Origin: Patescibacteria group bacterium | GTDB taxonomy: Bacteria; Patescibacteriota; Microgenomatia; UBA12405 | NCBI GenBank assembly: GCA_038062455.1 | Contig: JBBTXE010000001.1 | Span: forward strand, 7,468-56,370 | DNA length: 48,903 nucleotides | Reading direction: 5' to 3' | In this document: positions 36,754 through 47,170 of the stretch, in pieces | Layout of the letters: the number at the start of each line of letters is the position of its first letter | Numbering within the stretch: position 1 is the first letter of the stretch | Translations under genes and position numbers: made by a program | The notes under the pieces: model-generated | The model's database searches: none | Told to the model about the DNA's origin: nothing | What the model saw: only the letters and a program-made list of their open reading frames with translations

Positions 36754-38217
36754 ATGGAGATCAAAGATCTAACTATTAATGACATCAGATTAGGTCTTAA
36801 AAACAAAAAATTTACTGCTGTCGGAATAACCCAAGAGTATTTGGCCAGAATCAAAAAAGTCGATCCCCAAATAAATGCTTTCATCACTGTTGCCGAAGAG
36901 CAGGCTCTGGCCGCCGCCAAAAATCTTGATAATAAAATAAGTAAAGGGGAGGAAATAGGCAAACTCGCTGGTGTTCCTCTAGCTGTCAAAGACCTCTATT
37001 TAACTCAGGATATTCAAACTACCGCCGGTTCCCAAATGTTAAAGGATTACCTTCCCCAATACTCTTCCACTATTTATTCCAAACTGTTGGCCCAAGATGC
37101 TATCCCTGTCGGCAAAACCAACACAGATTGTTATGGTTTTGGAGTCAGTACTGAAAATTCAGGCTATTTTATCACCAAAAATCCTTGGGATTTAACTCGC
37201 GTTCCCGGTGGGTCCTCCGGCGGTTCAGCTGCCGCCATCGCCGCTGATATGGCCGTAATTGCCACCGGAACCGATACCGGCAGTTCTATTCGTCAGCCAT
37301 CTGCTTTTTGTTCAGCTACCGGCTTAAAAGCCACCTATGGCCGAAATTCCCGATATGGAATAACTGCCATGGCCTCCTCTTTTGATTGCCCCGGCCCTTT
37401 CGCCAAAAATGTTTTCGATTTGGCCATTGTTGAATCAGTCATGGCCGGCAAAGATCCCCAAGATGCCACCACTTCTCCTCTTCCGGTTCCGGATTATCTA
37501 AATGAAATAAATAACCTAAACCTAAAAGGTTTAAAAATTGGCCTACCCAAACAATATTTCACCGAAAATACACAAAAAGAAGTAGTTGACGCTGTCAAAC
37601 AAGCCGCTGCCACCTTTGCCAAACTCGGAGCCAACATTATCGAAGTTTCTGTTCCTGACCCGAACATCGCCCTAGCTACTTATTACATTATTATCCCTTC
37701 AGAAATTTCCGCCAATATGGCCCGCTATGACGGAATTCGTTTTGGTCAATCCGTCTCTGGCACCAAGGATCTATTTAATTATTATCTTGAAACCAGGGGC
37801 AAATTTATGGAGCCGGAAATGAAACGCCGAATTATCATCGGCACCTATGTTCTATCGGCCGGATACTATGACGCCTATTATCTTAAAGCCGCCAAGGTCA
37901 GAACTGTGGTCAAAGAAGCCTATCAGCAAGTATTAAAAGGAGTTGATGTTCTTTTTGCTCCGGTGGCTCCAACCACCGCCTGGAAAATAGGCGAGAAAGT
38001 TCAAGATCCCATCCAAATGTATTTAGCCGATATCTATACTATCAGTGTCAATGTCGCTGGCATCCCCTCGTTGGCTGTCCCCTGCGGTTTTGATAATCAG
38101 GGACTACCAATTGGTTTACAAATCATTGGCAATTTCTTTGAAGAATCCAAACTCTTTGCTATCGGCCATAAATTTCAGCAACTCACCGATTATCATTTGC
38201 AAAGACCCAATATATAA
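36754..38217 (+). CDS. gatA: Asp/Glu-tRNA amidotransferase subunit A
   Basis: PGGSSGGSAAA, GTDTGSSIRQP, ARYDG, LADIYT. Confidence 0.96.
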   Translation: MEIKDLTINDIRLGLKNKKFTAVGITQEYLARIKKVDPQINAFITVAEEQALAAAKNLDNKISKGEEIGKLAGVPLAVKDLYLTQDIQTTAGSQMLKDYLPQYSSTIYSKLLAQDAIPVGKTNTDCYGFGVSTENSGYFITKNPWDLTRVPGGSSGGSAAAIAADMAVIATGTDTGSSIRQPSAFCSATGLKATYGRNSRYGITAMASSFDCPGPFAKNVFDLAIVESVMAGKDPQDATTSPLPVPDYLNEINNLNLKGLKIGLPKQYFTENTQKEVVDAVKQAAATFAKLGANIIEVSVPDPNIALATYYIIIPSEISANMARYDGIRFGQSVSGTKDLFNYYLETRGKFMEPEMKRRIIIGTYVLSAGYYDAYYLKAAKVRTVVKEAYQQVLKGVDVLFAPVAPTTAWKIGEKVQDPIQMYLADIYTISVNVAGIPSLAVPCGFDNQGLPIGLQIIGNFFEESKLFAIGHKFQQLTDYHLQRPNI

Positions 38218-38268
38218 AAATTAATTCATTAATATTTATTAGAAATTAGAAATTTGACATTAGAAATT

Positions 38269-39666
38269 ATGCAAATCACTCCCATCATCGGACTTGAAGT
38301 CCACGTCGAACTCAAAACCAAAAGTAAAATGTTTTGCGGCTGCGACGCTTCTCATTTTCACGTCGAGCCCAACACCCACACCTGTCCTGTCTGCCTCGGT
38401 CTCCCCGGCGCCCTGCCGGTCCCGAATATTACTGCTTGTGAGTGGTGCATTAAATTAGGTCTAGCCCTAGGTTGCACTATAAATGAAGAAACTTTTTTTG
38501 AACGCAAAAATTATTTCTATCCCGATCTCCCTAAGGGTTATCAAATCACCCAACTCCAAAAACCTTTTGCCGTCAATGGCAAAATAGCCATTGATGGCCA
38601 TGACATCCGCATCAACCGGGCTCATCTGGAAGAAGACACCGGCAAGTCTCAACATGTCGGCGACACAACTCTTTTGGACTTCAACCGTTCCGGTGTGCCA
38701 CTGGTGGAAATTGTCTCCGAGCCGAATATAGTTAGTCCCGAAGAAGCCAAAAAATATTTAGGGAAAATCCAGCAAATTGTTCGCTATCTTGGTATTTCCG
38801 ATGCCGATATTGAAAAAGGTAGCATGCGTTGCGAACCAACTGTCAATTTACAAATTGGCGATTCGTTTACTCCGTTGGTTGAAATTAAAAACATTGCCTC
38901 ACTCACTGGAGTTCTTGACGCCATTCAATACGAGGTCGATCGCCAAAGTAAACAGTTTGAAACCGATCATATTGAAAAAAATGCTACCAATAAAACTACT
39001 CGTGGCTGGGATGCAGATAAATCGGTAACCTTTTTACAACGCGAAAAAGAAGGAAGTGCCGACTACCGCTATTTCCCCGAGCCGGATATCCCCCCGATTG
39101 TTTTTTCCCCAGACCAAATTGACGCCATCCGTGCCACTCTTCCCGAAATGCCCGAAGCCAAAATCGCCAAATATAAAGCCTTAAATTTATCCGATTATGA
39201 TGCTAACTTATTAGCCGAAGACTTAACTTTTTCGTCTATTTTTGAAAAAATATTAAGCAATTCAACCAATTCGGAATTTGCTAAATTTATTGCCAACCTG
39301 CTTCTCGGTCCCTTAAAAACCATTGGAATCGACATCGGGAAAATTAATCCCCTTTATTTCAAGAACCTTTATGACAAAAAAGCCGATTTATCTTCCTCGG
39401 CTATCAAACAACTGGTTTTGGAGTCCTACCAAACCGGTGCTAATCCGCTGCTTTTGGCCCAGAAACAAAATCTTTTCCAAGTTTCCGATACTGGTGCTAT
39501 CGAGACAATGGCCAAAAAGGTCTTAGCTGATAATCCTAAGGCTGTTGCCGACTATAAAAAAAATCCCCAAAGCATCGGCTTTTTAATCGGCCAGTTGATG
39601 AAAGCCTCCGGCGGCTCCGCCAACCCAAAACTGGCTAAAGAAATTTTGGAAAAATTATTAAAATAA
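38269..39666 (+). CDS. gatB: Asp/Glu-tRNA amidotransferase subunit B
   Basis: IGLEVHVEL, CPVCLGLPG, RKNYFYPDLPKGYQITQ, DYRYFPEPD. Confidence 0.96.
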   Translation: MQITPIIGLEVHVELKTKSKMFCGCDASHFHVEPNTHTCPVCLGLPGALPVPNITACEWCIKLGLALGCTINEETFFERKNYFYPDLPKGYQITQLQKPFAVNGKIAIDGHDIRINRAHLEEDTGKSQHVGDTTLLDFNRSGVPLVEIVSEPNIVSPEEAKKYLGKIQQIVRYLGISDADIEKGSMRCEPTVNLQIGDSFTPLVEIKNIASLTGVLDAIQYEVDRQSKQFETDHIEKNATNKTTRGWDADKSVTFLQREKEGSADYRYFPEPDIPPIVFSPDQIDAIRATLPEMPEAKIAKYKALNLSDYDANLLAEDLTFSSIFEKILSNSTNSEFAKFIANLLLGPLKTIGIDIGKINPLYFKNLYDKKADLSSSAIKQLVLESYQTGANPLLLAQKQNLFQVSDTGAIETMAKKVLADNPKAVADYKKNPQSIGFLIGQLMKASGGSANPKLAKEILEKLLK

Positions 39667-39679
39667 ATCGATCATAAGT

Positions 39680-39721
39680 ATTTCCCTCTTTCCTCAAAGG
39701 GGGATGTACCTCGCAATGACG
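39680..39721 (+). repeat. Truncated repeat scaffold joined to a CTCGCAATGACG half-element
   Basis: atttccctctttcctcaaagggggatgtacctcgcaatgacg. Confidence 0.6.
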
Positions 39722-39744
39722 TGCCGATAAGCTAAAATAGGGGA

Positions 39745-42700
39745 ATGCCGGATTTTAATCGCGAATACCAAAAACTTAATCCCGAACAAAAACAGGCCGT
39801 CGATACCATTGAAGGACCCATCCTGGTTGTCGCTGGCGCCGGCACCGGTAAAACTCAAACAATCGCCCTAAGAATCGGCAATATTCTTGACAAAACTCAA
39901 GTCAATCCCGGCAACATTCTCTGTCTCACCTTTACCGATTCTGCCGCCCTCAACATGCGCGCCCGACTCTTATCCCTTATTGGTCCATCGGCCAATTCCG
40001 TCCGAATCTCTACCTTTCACGCCTTTTGCCAATCAGTCATCCGCAGTCACCCCGAATATTTTTTCCAATTTAATCTTGATTCTGAACCTCTTGATAAAAT
40101 CGAAGCTATCCAGATTATTCGTCATCTGATTGATGCCCTTTCTCTCGACTCACCTCTCAAAACCCCCAATGATCCCTATTATTATCAGAGCGCTCTTATT
40201 TCGGCTATCGAGTCTCTTAAAAAAGAAAATATTGATCCTTCGCTTTATCGGGATTTAGTTGATCAGGAAAAAGTATTTTTGAATTCTGTTCTCCCTTTTT
40301 ATCAACAACTAAAATCTATTACTGCCTACCCCAAAAACCTTGACCTTATTGCCTCCATTATTGACAAAATTATTCACCTAAAAGATTTAAATCAAACTTA
40401 TCAAACTAAAATCTCCTCACTACTAAAAGACCTATCCTTAGCCAAAGATTTAAAATCTACTCTCACTGGCTTTTACGAAAATATTGCCGCCCAATACCCC
40501 CGCCATCTCGCCCTCTCTGAAATTTTTCCGGGTTATCAAAAAGAGTTAACAACCCGCCATCGTTTCGACTTTGACGATATGATTCTCTCGGTCATCGACG
40601 CCTTTAAGAATAATCCCGCGCTGCTATCTTCATATCAGGAAAAATTTCAATATATTTTAGTTGACGAGTTTCAGGACACTTCGGCTTCCCAAAATGAAAT
40701 CATTACTCTTCTCTGTTCAGGTTTCGATTCCCCCAATATCTTTGTCGTTGGTGACGATGATCAGTCGATCTTCCGTTTTCAGGGCGCCTCAGTCGAAAAT
40801 GTTTATTCTTTTTATCAAACTTATAAAACTCCCCCCATTGTTTTGCGCCACAATTACCGCTCTCATCGCCTTATTTTAGATTCCACTACTTCTCTTATTT
40901 CCCGCAACCTTAATCGAATCGCCAAACAAATCAAGGGCATTGATAAGAGCTTAATCGCCACCCGTGATTATGACCCCGACCCGATTAATCTCTATCGGGC
41001 CGAATCTCAGGTTGAGGAAAATTACTGGATAGTTAATAAAATCAAAAAGCTTATTGACTCCGACATTATTCCTCAAAGCATCGCCGTTCTTTTCCGTAAC
41101 AACGCCGATATTCTCGATCTCTTGCCTGTTCTTTCGGCCCTCAAAATCAAATATATCAAAGATTTTGGCACCAACATTTTGACGGAATCCTTAATTCTTC
41201 AGTTGCTCGATTTGTTAAAGCTATTAAGTAACCCCGATGACCAAATTTTAAAAAGTAAAGTTTTAAATTTTTCTTTTCTAAATCTTTCTTCTCTTGGTCT
41301 TTACCTTTATCTTCGTGATCCCCAATCGGTAAAAATATCTTCCAAATTTAAAAAACGTCTAAAAATATTTGAAAAGCGTCTGGCCCGCTTTCAAAAACTC
41401 AAAGCCAACGTTTCTCCCGACAAACTATTTAATCTGGCTATTCGCCGTTTTAAGTTTTTGAGGTATATTTTAAAACATAAAAATATTGAAGCCCTCAAGC
41501 AATTAAATCGCCTCTATTCCGAATTTAAAATTCAGCGATCCATCGCTCCGCTTTCTTTTGACGACATTGTCGCCCGGCTTCAGGTCTATGTTGACAACAA
41601 TCTGTCTTTAGTTTCCCCGCCACTTCTTTCCGACAATCCTCTCTCTATTCGACTGTTAACCGTCCACGAGGCCAAAGGTTTGGAATTCGAACATGTTTTT
41701 CTCATTAAAAATTTGGCTGCCCGTTGGGAATTAGCCCGAGGCCAAAACAAAATTACCCCACCTTTGGGAGTTTTGCGTTCCGAACCCCTCACCGCCAACA
41801 TTGATCTCGAGCTCGAAGAAAATCGTCGCCTCTTTTATGTGGCTCTCACCCGGGCTCAAAATCAGATCTATCTCTCCTACACCAAGATAAATCCGGAGGG
41901 CCGGGAACAGCCTCCCACCCGCTTCCTCTCCGAAATTGATCCTCAATTTATCGAAATTCAGGGTCCCGATTCCAAAATCGAAACCAAAGCTCTCATTTCC
42001 CAATTTTCTCCCAAGGAACCCAAAATCCTCTCCGCCGATTTACACGATTTTTTGAAATATTTTTTTGCCCACCACTATCGCCTTAATATCAGTCATATCA
42101 ATTCCTACAGGAAATGCCCTTTCTGCTTTTTTATCAATACTATCCTCAGGTTACCCAAATCCAAAAGCAACTCCCTCTCTTTTGGTACCAGTGTTCATGG
42201 CGCTCTGGCCTATCTCCACTCCACCCCCAAAACTCCATCTCTTGATGAGTTACTCGTTATTTTTGACAAGAATTTGGCGCGAGAATTACTCACCCCCGCC
42301 GACTTAATCACTTTATCAAAGAGGGGACACGAGGCCCTATCGACATACTACGAACATTATAAAAATGAATTTGGTGGCAAATGTCTAGTTGAACACGATT
42401 TTAAACCCTATTTAGCGAATATCGATTCTATCCCCATTACCGGCAAAATTGACAAGATAGAAATTTTAAGCGGTCATAATGTTAATGTAGTCGATTTCAA
42501 AACCGGAAATCCTGACAACAAATATAAAGAGCTAAAACCGGATGGTGATTATTTCCGTCAGCTGGTTTTCTACAAAATTTTAGCCGACCACAGCCCGGGC
42601 TTTGCTTATTCTGTTGTCTCCGGCACTATCGACTTTGTCGAAACCAAAGTCAATGGCACCTTTGCCCGCCACTCTTTTAAGATTACTCCGGAGGCAATTA

Positions 42701-42825
42701 CTAACATGGAAAAAGTTATCAAAGACGTCTATTCCAAAATCACCTCTTTTAAATTCTCGCCCTCCGCCGATTGCTCCGATCCCGACCACCTTCACCATTT
42801 GTTTGGTAAATATTTCAAATCCTAA
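39745..42825 (+). CDS. UvrD-like helicase with C-terminal PD-(D/E)xK nuclease (AdnB/AddA-like)
   Basis: AGAGTGKT, VDEFQD, EENRRLFYVALTRA; C-terminal CP, FGTSVH, GKIDKI, VVDFKTG, QLVFY. Confidence 0.92.
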   Translation: MPDFNREYQKLNPEQKQAVDTIEGPILVVAGAGTGKTQTIALRIGNILDKTQVNPGNILCLTFTDSAALNMRARLLSLIGPSANSVRISTFHAFCQSVIRSHPEYFFQFNLDSEPLDKIEAIQIIRHLIDALSLDSPLKTPNDPYYYQSALISAIESLKKENIDPSLYRDLVDQEKVFLNSVLPFYQQLKSITAYPKNLDLIASIIDKIIHLKDLNQTYQTKISSLLKDLSLAKDLKSTLTGFYENIAAQYPRHLALSEIFPGYQKELTTRHRFDFDDMILSVIDAFKNNPALLSSYQEKFQYILVDEFQDTSASQNEIITLLCSGFDSPNIFVVGDDDQSIFRFQGASVENVYSFYQTYKTPPIVLRHNYRSHRLILDSTTSLISRNLNRIAKQIKGIDKSLIATRDYDPDPINLYRAESQVEENYWIVNKIKKLIDSDIIPQSIAVLFRNNADILDLLPVLSALKIKYIKDFGTNILTESLILQLLDLLKLLSNPDDQILKSKVLNFSFLNLSSLGLYLYLRDPQSVKISSKFKKRLKIFEKRLARFQKLKANVSPDKLFNLAIRRFKFLRYILKHKNIEALKQLNRLYSEFKIQRSIAPLSFDDIVARLQVYVDNNLSLVSPPLLSDNPLSIRLLTVHEAKGLEFEHVFLIKNLAARWELARGQNKITPPLGVLRSEPLTANIDLELEENRRLFYVALTRAQNQIYLSYTKINPEGREQPPTRFLSEIDPQFIEIQGPDSKIETKALISQFSPKEPKILSADLHDFLKYFFAHHYRLNISHINSYRKCPFCFFINTILRLPKSKSNSLSFGTSVHGALAYLHSTPKTPSLDELLVIFDKNLARELLTPADLITLSKRGHEALSTYYEHYKNEFGGKCLVEHDFKPYLANIDSIPITGKIDKIEILSGHNVNVVDFKTGNPDNKYKELKPDGDYFRQLVFYKILADHSPGFAYSVVSGTIDFVETKVNGTFARHSFKITPEAITNMEKVIKDVYSKITSFKFSPSADCSDPDHLHHLFGKYFKS

Positions 42826-42853
42826 ACCTGTTTTTCTTTTTTAGTTCTCTTAA

Positions 42854-42899
42854 ACAAAAATAAGACGGAGATTACGAACATCACCGTCTTACGTTTTGT
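42854..42899. terminator. Long hairpin between the helicase-nuclease gene and rmuC
   Basis: acaaaa-taagacgg...ccgtctta-ttttgt inverted repeat. Confidence 0.5.
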
Positions 42900-42920
42900 A
42901 CATAGATTATACTAAACCAT

Positions 42921-43964
42921 ATGACCTTTGTCTACATTCTCTTAGTCCTCATCCTTCTCACCCTTCTTTATTTCATTTTTCTTCAAAAACGCTCTCGGCC
43001 AGCCGATATTGACATTCAAAAAACCATTGACACTCTCATTACCGTTGCCAACCAAAAACTTGGTACCGAAAAACAAATCATCCAGACCGATCTTGCCGGC
43101 AAAAAAGATGCCATTGAATCGCTTTTAAAGCGGTTAACCGCCGATCTTGATAAAAACCAAAAGAAGCTTGAATCTGCCGAAGCCCAGAGAATTGGCAATT
43201 TTGAAAGTCTCAAGGAATCTTTGGAAAGTTACAAAAAAATCACCACCGAATTATCCGCCTCCACCGAAGGTCTCAAAAAAGTCCTAAGTAATAACCAACT
43301 CCGCGGCGCCTTTGGCGAAAAGGTCGCCGAAGATTTACTCAAACAATCCGGTTTTGTCATTGGTACTGACTATAGCAAACAGGAATCCGACGGTGCTTCC
43401 CGCCCCGATTTTACTCTATATCTGCCCGACAAAACCAAGGTCAATATCGACTCCAAGTTTCCCTACAGCAACATTATCAAGATGAGCGAAACTACCGATT
43501 CAGCCCAAAAAACTCAATACCTGAAATTATTTGAACAGGATATCAAAAAGAAAATTGCCGAAGTGTCCACCCGAGACTACATTGATCCCGAGGCCAATAC
43601 AGTCGATTTTGTAGTCGTCTTTATCCCCAACGAAATGATCTTTAGCTTTATTTATGAGAAATTTCCCGATATTTTAGAAGAAGCCTTTAACAAAAAAGTT
43701 ATCTTTGCCGGACCCTTTTCCTTTACCGCCATTTTACGGATGATCCGCCAAGCCTACGAAAATTTTCGTTACCAAAAAAACGTTCAGGCCATTATTACTC
43801 AAATTAAATTATTTGAAAAAGAATTCACTCGCTACAACGAGGAATTCTCCAAAATCGGCGACAAAATTGATTCGCTAGCCAAGCAATACGACTCCGTCAA
43901 CACCACCCGCACCCGGGCCTTATTGAGGGTTACGGATAAAATCAGTCTCGGCGATGGTAAATAA
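42921..43964 (+). CDS. rmuC: DNA recombination protein RmuC
   Basis: N-terminal TM, coiled coil, RGAFGE, RPD, IDSKFP, VFIPNE. Confidence 0.92.
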   Translation: MTFVYILLVLILLTLLYFIFLQKRSRPADIDIQKTIDTLITVANQKLGTEKQIIQTDLAGKKDAIESLLKRLTADLDKNQKKLESAEAQRIGNFESLKESLESYKKITTELSASTEGLKKVLSNNQLRGAFGEKVAEDLLKQSGFVIGTDYSKQESDGASRPDFTLYLPDKTKVNIDSKFPYSNIIKMSETTDSAQKTQYLKLFEQDIKKKIAEVSTRDYIDPEANTVDFVVVFIPNEMIFSFIYEKFPDILEEAFNKKVIFAGPFSFTAILRMIRQAYENFRYQKNVQAIITQIKLFEKEFTRYNEEFSKIGDKIDSLAKQYDSVNTTRTRALLRVTDKISLGDGK

Positions 43965-43974
43965 TTTTCCCCTC

Positions 43975-44011
43975 TTGACACTTTTTAGCACTCGGGCTAT
44001 TATAGTGCTAA
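43975..44011 (+). promoter_or_regulatory. Sigma70-type promoter with CIRCE operator
   Basis: TTGACA(43975)-17 nt-TATTAT(43998); TTAGCACTC-N9-TAGTGCTAA at 43985-44011. Confidence 0.92.
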
Positions 44012-44012
44012 T

Positions 44013-44756
44013 ATGGCTGACTTAACTCAACGCCAAATCAAGATTCTTAAATGTATCGCCGAAGAGTTTATTGACACCGCCTCACCGGTTGGTTCCGAAA
44101 ACCTGGAGCGCAAATACAATCTTGGTATTTCCTCGGCCACTATTCGAAACGAGATGGCGGCTTTAACTCAACTTGGCTATCTTAAAAAAAGTCATCTTTC
44201 CGCCGGCCGCTGTCCTACCTCTATGGGTCTAAAATACTATGTCCGGCACTTAATGACCCCAAAAAATATGTCTGTTTCCGAAGAAATTGGGGTTAAAGAG
44301 AAAGTTTGGGACTATCGCAACGAATTTGAAAAACTACTAAAGGAAGTCACCCGGGAATTAGCCCAAAAAACCCGCTCTCTGGCCATTTCCACCACCGATC
44401 ATGGAGCCATTTACAGTTACGGCGCCTCAAATTTACTCGAAGAACCGGAGTTCTACAACATTGATGTTACCAAGACTGTTTTATCCCTTCTTGATAATCC
44501 CGCCTTTTGGTTTGAAATTATCAGCAAAGCCGGCGTTGATCCCTCTCTGCCATCCTCCGCCGAAATAATTCATCTCTTGGTCGGTGAAGACTTAGGCATG
44601 GAACATCTCGAACCCTGTGGTTTTATTTATCAGACTTATCAATCCGGTCCTCATCGGGGCATTGTTGGTATCATTGGCCCGGCCCGTATCCACTACCAAA
44701 CTATTGTTCCCACTGTCGACTATTTTGCCCAATTAATATCTACTATTAGTGGTTAA
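44013..44756 (+). CDS. hrcA: Heat-inducible transcription repressor HrcA
   Basis: PVGS, SSATIRNEM, HLSAGRCPT, GIIGPARI; CIRCE upstream. Confidence 0.95.
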   Translation: MADLTQRQIKILKCIAEEFIDTASPVGSENLERKYNLGISSATIRNEMAALTQLGYLKKSHLSAGRCPTSMGLKYYVRHLMTPKNMSVSEEIGVKEKVWDYRNEFEKLLKEVTRELAQKTRSLAISTTDHGAIYSYGASNLLEEPEFYNIDVTKTVLSLLDNPAFWFEIISKAGVDPSLPSSAEIIHLLVGEDLGMEHLEPCGFIYQTYQSGPHRGIVGIIGPARIHYQTIVPTVDYFAQLISTISG

Positions 44757-44763
44757 TATCTCA

Positions 44764-45219
44764 ATGAAAAAAACACCCACCCCTCCTAAAACTAACAATA
44801 CCGTTAAAATCGCCGAGCTGGAAGATAAACTGAAACGGTCACTGGCTGACTACATTAATCTTCAAAACCGGATTGAACGGGAAAAGGAAGCCTTTGTTAG
44901 TCTGATTACCGTCTCAATTATCGCTAAACTTCTCGAGGCCCTTGATGATTTTAAACTAGCTTCAGCCCATCTTCAGGATAAGGGTCTGGAAATAGCCATC
45001 ACTAAATTCAAAACCACCCTTGCCTCCTTTGGATTAAGCTCCGTTGACGCCCTTGGAAAAGACTTTGACCCGGCCACCATGGAATGTCTGGAAACCGCCG
45101 AAGGCGAAAAAAACAAGGTTATTTCTGTCCAAAAAATTGGTTATTTATTAAATGGCCAATGTCTTCGTCCCGCCGGTGTCATCGTTGGTAAAGAAGACAC
45201 AAACAAAAATGAAAATTGA
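44764..45219 (+). CDS. grpE: Nucleotide exchange factor GrpE
   Basis: RSLADYINLQNR, FDPATMEC, GYLLNGQCLRPA. Confidence 0.92.
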   Translation: MKKTPTPPKTNNTVKIAELEDKLKRSLADYINLQNRIEREKEAFVSLITVSIIAKLLEALDDFKLASAHLQDKGLEIAITKFKTTLASFGLSSVDALGKDFDPATMECLETAEGEKNKVISVQKIGYLLNGQCLRPAGVIVGKEDTNKNEN

Positions 45220-45259
45220 AAATTGTAAATTGAAAATTATTTTTTTATAAAAAATTATT

Positions 45260-47170
45260 ATGTCCAACAAAATCATCGGTATCGATTTAGGCACCACCAA
45301 CTCCTGTGTGGCTGTGATGGAGGGAGGTTCCCCCAAAGTTATTTTAAGTTCAGAGGGTCGCAACATTATTCCCTCGGTGGTTGAGGTTGTCAAAAACCTG
45401 GTTGGTGATCTGGCCAAACGCCAGATGGTGTTAAATCCCGAAAATACGATAAGCAGTATCAAACGTCTCATGGGTCGCCGATTTACCGATGCTGAAGTCA
45501 CCAAAACCAAAAAAATTGTTTCCTATAAAATCGTTGCCGGTAAAGACGGTATGGCCGCTGTCGAAATCAAGGGTAAAGTTTATACCCCCCAGGAAATTTC
45601 GGCCAAAATTTTACAAAAAGCTAAAGCCGATGCCGAAAAATATTTAGGTGAAAAAATCGACAAAGCCGTTATCACTGTCCCGGCTTATTTCGATGACTCC
45701 CAGCGTCAGGCCACCAAACAAGCCGGCGAAATTGCCGGCCTCAAAGTTGAGCGGATTGTTAACGAACCAACCGCTTCGGCTCTGGCCTATGGTTTGGACA
45801 AAAAGAAAAAAGGTATTGTGGCTGTTTACGACCTTGGCGGCGGCACCTTTGACATTTCCATTTTGGAAATCGGTGATGGTGTTTTCGAAGTCAAGGCTAC
45901 CAACGGTGACACCTTTTTAGGTGGTGACGATTTTGATCACCGAATCACCGATTGGTTAGTCGATAATTTTAAAAAGCAAACCGGTGTCGATTTGTCTAAA
46001 GATCCCCAGGCCCTCCAGCGTCTTCGTGAAGCCGCCGAAAAAGCCAAAATCGAGCTATCCAGTTCCGTGGAAACTGACATTAACCTGCCCTTTATTACTC
46101 AACAGGACGGTCAACCCCTGCACTTAACTGTCAAATTTACCCGAACCGAGATGGAAAAGCTGGTTGACGATCTCGTCGCCAAAACTATTCCCCCGGTGGA
46201 AAAATGTCTCAAAGACGCTGGCATCAAAAAGGCCGATATTACCGACATTGTCATGGTTGGTGGAATGACCCGAATGCCCAAAGTCTTGGAAGTTGTCAAA
46301 GATTTCTTCGGCAAAGATCCTAACACTACCGTCAATCCCGACGAAGTTGTGGCTATCGGTGCTGCTGTCCAGGGAGCAGTCCTAACCGGTGAGGTCAAAG
46401 ACATTGTTCTACTTGATGTCACCCCGCTAACCCTGGGTATTGAAACCGCCGGCAACGTCCGGACCCCTTTAATTGACCGGAACACTACTGTCCCGACTAA
46501 AAAATCCCAAGTCTTTACCACCTATTCTGACAATCAGCCTCAGGTGGAAATCAATGTCCTGCAGGGCGAACGCCCCATGGCGGTTGACAATAAGTCCCTC
46601 GGCCGCTTTATTCTTGACGGTATTGCTCCGGCTCCCCGGGGAACCCCTCAAATCGAGGTCACTTTTGATATCGACAGTAATGGTATTCTCTCTGTTTCCG
46701 CCAAAGATAAAGGCACCGGCAAGGAGCAAAAGATTACTATTCAAAACGCCACCAATCTCTCCGAAGAAGAAGTGGCCAGGATGACCAAGGATGCCGAGGC
46801 TCACGCCCGAGAGGATGAGGAAAAGAAAGGTCTGGCTGAATCCCGAAACCGTCTTGACGCCGCCATCTTTAATGGTGAAAAGAGTCTCAAGGATTTTGCC
46901 GACAAGGTCAAAGCCGACGATAAGGCTAAAATTGAAGAAAAAATTAAAGAGGGCAAAGAACTCTTGGTCAAAACCGACGCCAAAAAGGACGAGTTTGATA
47001 AGTTTAGCGAAGAACTAGGCCAAATTCTTCAAACCATCGGTCAGGCGGTTTATAGCCAACAGCAGGCTCAACCTGAACCTTCAGCTGAAGAACCCAAGGC
47101 TGATGAAAAAAAGCCGGGTAACGGCAAAGACGACAAGAAAGAGGCCGAAGAAGGGGAAATTGTTAAATAA
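45260..47170 (+). CDS. dnaK: Chaperone DnaK
   Basis: [33 protein letters not shown]. Confidence 0.98.
   Translation: MSNKIIGIDLGTTNSCVAVMEGGSPKVILSSEGRNIIPSVVEVVKNLVGDLAKRQMVLNPENTISSIKRLMGRRFTDAEVTKTKKIVSYKIVAGKDGMAAVEIKGKVYTPQEISAKILQKAKADAEKYLGEKIDKAVITVPAYFDDSQRQATKQAGEIAGLKVERIVNEPTASALAYGLDKKKKGIVAVYDLGGGTFDISILEIGDGVFEVKATNGDTFLGGDDFDHRITDWLVDNFKKQTGVDLSKDPQALQRLREAAEKAKIELSSSVETDINLPFITQQDGQPLHLTVKFTRTEMEKLVDDLVAKTIPPVEKCLKDAGIKKADITDIVMVGGMTRMPKVLEVVKDFFGKDPNTTVNPDEVVAIGAAVQGAVLTGEVKDIVLLDVTPLTLGIETAGNVRTPLIDRNTTVPTKKSQVFTTYSDNQPQVEINVLQGERPMAVDNKSLGRFILDGIAPAPRGTPQIEVTFDIDSNGILSVSAKDKGTGKEQKITIQNATNLSEEEVARMTKDAEAHAREDEEKKGLAESRNRLDAAIFNGEKSLKDFADKVKADDKAKIEEKIKEGKELLVKTDAKKDEFDKFSEELGQILQTIGQAVYSQQQAQPEPSAEEPKADEKKPGNGKDDKKEAEEGEIVK

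Noticed and set aside
36715-38268. Longer ORF-track starts for gatA (36715) and gatB (38254)
   Set aside because: The extensions overlap gatC or the heptamer array; ATG 36754 and 38269 fit family N-termini.
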